Shown here: positions 57,040-64,000 of the stretch, one piece after another
Numbering within the stretch: the first letter of the stretch is position 1
How the letters are laid out: each line of letters opens with the position of its first letter
From: Candidatus Methylomirabilales bacterium
Lineage (GTDB): Bacteria > Methylomirabilota > Methylomirabilia > Methylomirabilales > CSP1-5
DNA: 64,000 nt
Assembly (NCBI GenBank): GCA_046758505.1
Contig: JBHIAH010000007.1
Location: 1 to 64,000, forward strand
Reading direction: 5' to 3'
Notes under the pieces: generated by a model
Seen by the model: only the letters and a program-made list of their open reading frames with translations
What the model was told of the DNA's origin: nothing
Database searches by the model: none
Position numbers and translations under genes: made by a program

Positions 57040-57068
57040 GAATCCTTTTGACGCCCTCCTGCATCTAA
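57040..57068 (+). promoter_or_regulatory. Class A ECF-type promoter
   Basis: GAATC-N17-CATCTAA. Confidence 0.7.
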
Positions 57069-57087
57069 CTGGATGAAGGAGGACACC

Positions 57088-57249
57088 ATGAAAATCTGGT
57101 ATGAAATCATCATCTTGGCGTTTATCAGCCTTTACGGCAGCCTGAGCCTGGCCCTCCTGGGCCACTGGGCGTATCACACCGTCAGGGGGCAGCGCCGACC
57201 CGTAGGCCCGCGCTCCGGCGGATGGACAGGGCGGCAACGTCCTCGGTGA
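57088..57249 (+). CDS. Small single-TM membrane protein (53 aa; absent from the ORF track)
   Basis: MKIWYEIIILAFISLYGSLSLALLGHW; RBS AAGGAGG; paralog of 41408. Confidence 0.75.
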   Translation: MKIWYEIIILAFISLYGSLSLALLGHWAYHTVRGQRRPVGPRSGGWTGRQRPR

Positions 57250-57550
57250 CTCGATAGCCAGGAGAGCTCCGAGGGCACGGATCCGATCGGTGATCAGACA
57301 GGTTGCCTCCCAGGAGGGTTAAGATGTTCGAGACGATTTTCTGGACCGCATTGTTGTTGGGTGTTGTCCTGTTCCAGTACAGGTATGGTTGAGGGTCGGG
57401 TATCTCCCCTCGTGCACGGGGGAGTTGTCGCGTGCCCCGGTCGGATCAGGAACCCCGGCCCCCCGAAACGCCTCCGACCTAAAACGCCGTGACCGTCCGC
57501 CCCCCGGGCACCACCGGAGGGGACGGGGCCGCTTTCCTTTCAATCTCACG

Positions 57551-57579
57551 TTGTCTCACTCTTCTCACAATGCTATGGT
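57551..57579 (+). promoter_or_regulatory. sigma70 promoter
   Basis: TTGTCT-N17-TATGGT with extended -10 TG. Confidence 0.55.
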
Positions 57580-57602
57580 AACACCCAAAACCTGGAGGGA
57601 CC

Positions 57603-59003
57603 ATGGCCTTACTCTGGATGGCCCTTATCGGTTACGGCGCGCTGATGTTTGTGGTCTCGCCCCGGGCCGTCGATGCCAAAGGGTTTTACTGGGGATACGA
57701 CGCCCGGGGTCGGGAGACCGGCTTCTGGTTGCTGACGAGCAGCACCTTTATCACCTGGATCTTTGCCAAGTCGGTGACGAACGCGGCCAACCTGGGTGCG
57801 GCATACGGCATTGTGGGAGGCCTCGCATACGCCACGTATTACCTCTCCATTCCGGTGGCGGGGGTCGTCATCACCTCGATCCGCAAGCGCCTGGGCGCCC
57901 GGAGTCTTTCCGAGTTCCTCGTCGGTCGCTACGGCCGAAGCGCGGCCACGGCCTTCCTCCTCGTCGTCACCATCCGGCTCTTCAACGAAGTCTGGAGTAA
58001 CACGGCGGTGGTGGGTTCTTATTTCGGGGAGAAAGGCTCCCCGGCGTTCTACGCCGCCGCCTTCCTCTTTACCGGCCTCACCCTCCTGTACAGCCTCAAG
58101 GGAGGACTCAGGAGTTCCATCATTACAGACAGCCTCCAACTCGTGCTGGCCGGATTTCTCCTCTTCCTCCTGCTGTTTCAACTGTTCCCCCGCGTCGGGC
58201 CGAGCGAGCTTCTCCGGGCGGGAGAGTTTTCCTTCAGCGGGGGCGTCGACATTCTTCTGGTCGCGTTCCTCCAGATCTGGAGCTACCCATTCCACGATCC
58301 GGTCCTCACGGATCGGGCCTTCATCTCAGACCGCCGGGTCACGGTCCCGGCCTTCTGGGCGGCCGGGATGGGCGGGATCCTGTTCATTCTCCTCTCCAGC
58401 CTGATCGGCATCTACGCGTACAAAGAGGGGCTCTCCTTTGCCGATGATGCGCCCCGGGTCGTAGGGGCATCTTTCGGCCTCGGCATTCTCTTTGCCATGA
58501 ACGTCATCATGCTCTGCTCGGCCGGCTCTACCCTCGACTCCACGCTCAGCTCCATCTCCAAGGGGGCCGGGGTCGACCTGCCCACCGTCGGGTTCGAGCG
58601 GTGGCGGGGTCGGGTCGGAGCCGGCAAGGTCGCCATGATCGCCATCGCCCTCTTGGGAAACCTCCCCCTCTTCGCGGGCGCCTCGATCCTCCAGGCCACC
58701 ACCATCAGCGGGACCATGGTCATGGGGCTCGCCCCGATCTTTCTCCTGCACTTCCTCGCGTCCGTCCCGCGGGCCTCGTTCCATCTCGCCTTCTGGAGCG
58801 GGCTGGGTCTCGGGATCCTGTACACCCTGGGGTGGCTCCCGTCTGCGCTGGCCATCGGGGACGGCCGGTACGCGATGCTGCTCGGGGTCAATCTGTACGG
58901 TCTGCTCCTCTGTACGGGACTCTTTCTCCTCCCCTGGATCTTTGGGCGCGTGACGCAGGCAAGACGTGCCCGCGGGAACGCCGTGAAGGAGATTCACCAG
59001 TGA
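57603..59003 (+). CDS. Sodium:solute symporter-like transporter
   Basis: About 13 TM; WIFAKSVTNAANLG, RLFNEVWSNT, KGGLRSSIITD, SYPFHDPVLTDR. Confidence 0.85.
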   Translation: MALLWMALIGYGALMFVVSPRAVDAKGFYWGYDARGRETGFWLLTSSTFITWIFAKSVTNAANLGAAYGIVGGLAYATYYLSIPVAGVVITSIRKRLGARSLSEFLVGRYGRSAATAFLLVVTIRLFNEVWSNTAVVGSYFGEKGSPAFYAAAFLFTGLTLLYSLKGGLRSSIITDSLQLVLAGFLLFLLLFQLFPRVGPSELLRAGEFSFSGGVDILLVAFLQIWSYPFHDPVLTDRAFISDRRVTVPAFWAAGMGGILFILLSSLIGIYAYKEGLSFADDAPRVVGASFGLGILFAMNVIMLCSAGSTLDSTLSSISKGAGVDLPTVGFERWRGRVGAGKVAMIAIALLGNLPLFAGASILQATTISGTMVMGLAPIFLLHFLASVPRASFHLAFWSGLGLGILYTLGWLPSALAIGDGRYAMLLGVNLYGLLLCTGLFLLPWIFGRVTQARRARGNAVKEIHQ

Positions 59004-59854
59004 CAACCCCCAGCGCGCCACTGCTCGAGCTGACCACGCTCTGGATCCAGGTGACCGGGAGTTGGTGCAATCTCACTTGCACCCACTGTCTCAACAGCAG
59101 CGGCCCCCATAACCCGTGGCTCAAGGGCCTGAATACCGAGACCGTGTTGCGCGCCATCGACGAAGGGGCGGACCTCGGCATCAGAGAGATCTACTACACC
59201 GGCGGGGAACCTTTTCTTCACAAGGACATGCTGTTGCTCATCTCCCGCGCCCTCGAGGTGGCGGCCACCACTGTCCTCACCAACGGCACCCTGATCACCG
59301 ACGAGGTTGCGGACAAGCTTGCGGGACTGGCCCAGAAGTCTCCCTACTCCCTGGAGATCCGGATCAGCATCGACGATATCGATCCGGAACGGAATGATCG
59401 GATTCGAGGAAAGGGGGCCCTCGCCAAAGCGGTCCGGGCGCTCGGCCTCTTGCACAACCGGGGCCTGCTTCCCATCCTCACCGCCACGGAGATCCTGAAG
59501 GACACGGTCACCGCGGAGAACGGGATGTATGAGCGATTTCGAGATTTCCTCCTCGCCCTCGGGATCAGCAAGCCTCGGGTCAAGATCATGCCCGTCCTCC
59601 CCATCGGACGGATGGAGAGACCGGGAGGGCCCCTGCTGACGCCGGAGATGCTTCAGGGCTTTGACTTTTCCCTGCTCCAGTGTTCGGAGACTCGCGTGGT
59701 GGCTGCAGGAGGGGTATATGCTTGCCCGATCCTGGCCGGGCTGCCGGGGGCCCGCCTCGCCGAGAAAAGCCTGAAGGCGTCGCTCGAGCCCTGCCGCCTG
59801 TACCACACGGCATGCGTCACCTGCTACGAGACAGGAATGACCTGCAAGAACTGA
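59000..59854 (+). CDS. Radical SAM protein
   Basis: LWIQVTGSWCNLTCTHC (CxxxCxxC), YYTGGEPF, VLTNGT; C-terminal C...CPIL...CVTC auxiliary Cys; GTG overlaps the transporter stop. Confidence 0.9.
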   Translation: MTTPSAPLLELTTLWIQVTGSWCNLTCTHCLNSSGPHNPWLKGLNTETVLRAIDEGADLGIREIYYTGGEPFLHKDMLLLISRALEVAATTVLTNGTLITDEVADKLAGLAQKSPYSLEIRISIDDIDPERNDRIRGKGALAKAVRALGLLHNRGLLPILTATEILKDTVTAENGMYERFRDFLLALGISKPRVKIMPVLPIGRMERPGGPLLTPEMLQGFDFSLLQCSETRVVAAGGVYACPILAGLPGARLAEKSLKASLEPCRLYHTACVTCYETGMTCKN

Positions 59855-60016
59855 GTGGGTAAGGAGTAAGGCGTGAGAGGTGAGGGGTGGGGAGCGAAGG
59901 GTGATGTGTACACAAGGCTCGAGGGACAAGGCGTCGGGCCGGAACGGCGGGCAGAGATCCTGAATCTCCCGACTCCGGTCACCCGTCCCCGGTCTCCGGT
60001 CGAGGAACTCTGAACT

Positions 60017-60817
60017 ATGAACGATGAACCGAGGGAGTGTCGGCGGATTGCCGTCTTCGGGGGAATCTACAGCAACTATCTTGCCCTCGAAGCCACCCTG
60101 GAAGACATCCGGCGGCGTGAGGTCGAGGCCGTCTTTTGCCTGGGGGACCTGGGGGCCTTCGGCCCGCATCCGGATCGGCTCTTCCCGCTCCTCGACGCGG
60201 GGGACGTGTTGACCATCCAGGGCAATTACGACCAGTCGCTGGCAGCCGGCCTGGACAACTGTCAGTGCGGCTACACCGATCCCCGAGACAATTACTTCGC
60301 CCGGCTGAGCTACGAGTACACGCTCCAAAACACCTCTCCCGAGAATACGACATGGCTCGCAAGGCTTCCGACCCACCGACGGGTACGCCTCGGGCAATAT
60401 CACGTCCTGATGTGCCACGGCTCTCCCCGGCGCATAAACGAGTTCCTGTGGGAGAGCACCTCCCCCAACTGCCTCCTGGAGAAGCTCTGCCGCGACTTCG
60501 GGGCCGACGTCCTCCTCTGCACGCATACCGGGATCAAATGGCACCGGGTCCTCCACGGAGACCGCCACGTGGTCAACGCGGGGACCATCGGACGCCCAGA
60601 GAACGACGGTCAGGTGCACGTCTGGTATACGCTGCTCACCGCCGAGAATGGCCTTCAGGTGGAGTTTGTCCCCGTCCATTACGACCACGAAACGCTGGCC
60701 TGCGAGATGGAGCGAGAGGGCTTGCCACCGGAGTTCATCGAGACCATCCGGACCGGCTGGTGGACCACCTGTCTCGAGATCCTCCCGGCCAAGGAGCGGG
60801 CCCGCGGCAAATACTAA
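60017..60817 (+). CDS. Metallophosphoesterase family protein (Cys-rich)
   Basis: FGGIYSN, CLGDL, QGNYD, CQCGY, CHGSP, CTHTG, WWTTCLEILP. Confidence 0.88.
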   Translation: MNDEPRECRRIAVFGGIYSNYLALEATLEDIRRREVEAVFCLGDLGAFGPHPDRLFPLLDAGDVLTIQGNYDQSLAAGLDNCQCGYTDPRDNYFARLSYEYTLQNTSPENTTWLARLPTHRRVRLGQYHVLMCHGSPRRINEFLWESTSPNCLLEKLCRDFGADVLLCTHTGIKWHRVLHGDRHVVNAGTIGRPENDGQVHVWYTLLTAENGLQVEFVPVHYDHETLACEMEREGLPPEFIETIRTGWWTTCLEILPAKERARGKY

Positions 60818-60943
60818 TAAGAGACGACGGGTGACCGAAGACGGGTGACCGGAACCTCCCTCTTATGTTGTCCGCTCTGCCGTGGCCGGTCTCCGGTCCT
60901 CGGTCACCGGTCAGATGCTTACGCGACCGCTGAAGGAAAGAAG

Positions 60944-61753
60944 ATGAGAAAAAGTCCCCGTTGGCTGGGTGAACTCGTCAACGCGATACTGGTGCGGCTT
61001 TTCAAGCATTTCCCGTGGCTGGCAGAGCGCTGGGCCAGAGGCCACCGGTTCGTCGAAGGGGAAGGGATCCCCTGGACCCCGCTGGACAAACCCCTTCGTG
61101 AGAGCCGCATTGCGATGGTGACGACTGCTGGCGTGCACCTGAAGTCGCAGCCCCCCTTTAACATGGAGGACCCGGAGGGGGATCCGACCTTCCGCGCGAT
61201 TCCCACGGATGCGGCCCGAGCCGACCTCACCATCACCCACAAGTACTACGACCATTCCGCGGCCGACCGTGATCTCAACGTCGTCCTCCCCATCGATCGG
61301 CTGAGGGAGCTCAAGGATGAGGGGTTGATCGGCGAAATCGCACCCACCCTCTATAGCTTCATGGGCCACATCGACGGCCCGCATCTCAAGACCCTCATGG
61401 AAGAGACAGGCCCTGAGGTGGCTGAACACCTGGTTCGGGAGGGGGCCGACGCCGTCTTTCTCACGCCGGCCTGAGGCCTCTGTAACCAGGCCGTGGGCCT
61501 GATCCAGCGGATCATCGAGGCCAGGGGGATTCCGACCATCGGGATCACCCTCCAGGAGGAAATCACGAAGCGGGTCAACCCCCCCCGGGCCCTCTCCCTC
61601 CGCTATCCCTTCGGCCATCCCCTGGGAGAGGCCTTTCACGTGAGGCAGCAGCGGACGATTCTGGTCGAGGCACTCAAGGGGCTGGAGACCATCACGGAGC
61701 CGGGAACTATTCTTAAACCAGGATACGTCTGGCGGAGGCACCGATTCGACTGA
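60944..61753 (+). CDS. Glycine/sarcosine/betaine reductase selenoprotein B (GrdB/PrdB)-like protein, probable selenoprotein (UGLC)
   Basis: IAMVTTAGVH, GDPTFR, DRDLNVVLPIDRLREL, DAVFLTPA-TGA-GLCNQAVGL..IEARGIPT, PFGHPLG; hairpin CAGGC-CGTGG-GCCTG after the TGA at 61472-61474. Confidence 0.92.
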
Positions 61754-61827
61754 GGGAAGACGGCGGCAGTGAAGGTGCCTCCTCCGGTCAGGGGGATTGG
61801 ATTAATGAGGGCTCCTCGCGGGGGGGG

Positions 61828-64000
<2,173 letters not shown>

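Noticed and set aside
23622..61753. In-frame TGAs explained as pseudogenes or as an alternative genetic code (UGA=Trp/Gly)
   Set aside because: TGA is the normal stop of many intact genes here (e.g. 467, 1879, 13872, 20733). The internal TGAs fall specifically on Cys-equivalent positions with downstream hairpins and no other lesions.

Overview
A GC-rich bacterial window (lineage not determinable from the sequence alone; the gene content would fit Methylomirabilota/Rokubacteria or a deltaproteobacterial-type organism). It contains no rRNA, tRNA, CRISPR or transposase that I can recognise. 1-23 kb is mostly metabolic: a RelBE-type TA pair, an hcl-hcmA-hcmB 2-hydroxyisobutyrate cluster, hpt/pyrE, thrB, a LacI-controlled catabolic operon with a tripartite tricarboxylate transporter, and a two-component system. 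The main result lies in 23-62 kb. Five genes that the ORF track splits in two are single genes with an in-frame UGA at a position normally occupied by a functional Cys, each followed by a SECIS-like hairpin, so they are probable selenoproteins: a thioredoxin-fold redoxin (UxxC), a SoxA/TsdA-like monoheme cytochrome c, a DUF3179 protein (UPLC), a deiodinase-like protein (FGSFTUPPF) and a GrdB-like protein (UGLC). In the cytochrome, Sec falls where His/Cys-ligated cytochromes carry their heme-ligating Cys. It sits in a periplasmic redox operon with two Asn-Pro-Cys repeat proteins, di- and pentaheme cytochromes, an FGE-domain protein and the DUF3179 selenoprotein. Genes typical of rSAM/selenodomain (arsenosugar-type) neighbourhoods occur in two blocks (35-39 kb and 57.6-61.8 kb). 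Two ECF sigma/anti-sigma pairs are present, and candidate promoter motifs (GAAWC-N17-CATCTWA x6 and GGAAY-N17-SGTT x6) can be read upstream of many genes, including small proteins missed by the ORF track. All family assignments come from motif recognition, not database searches.
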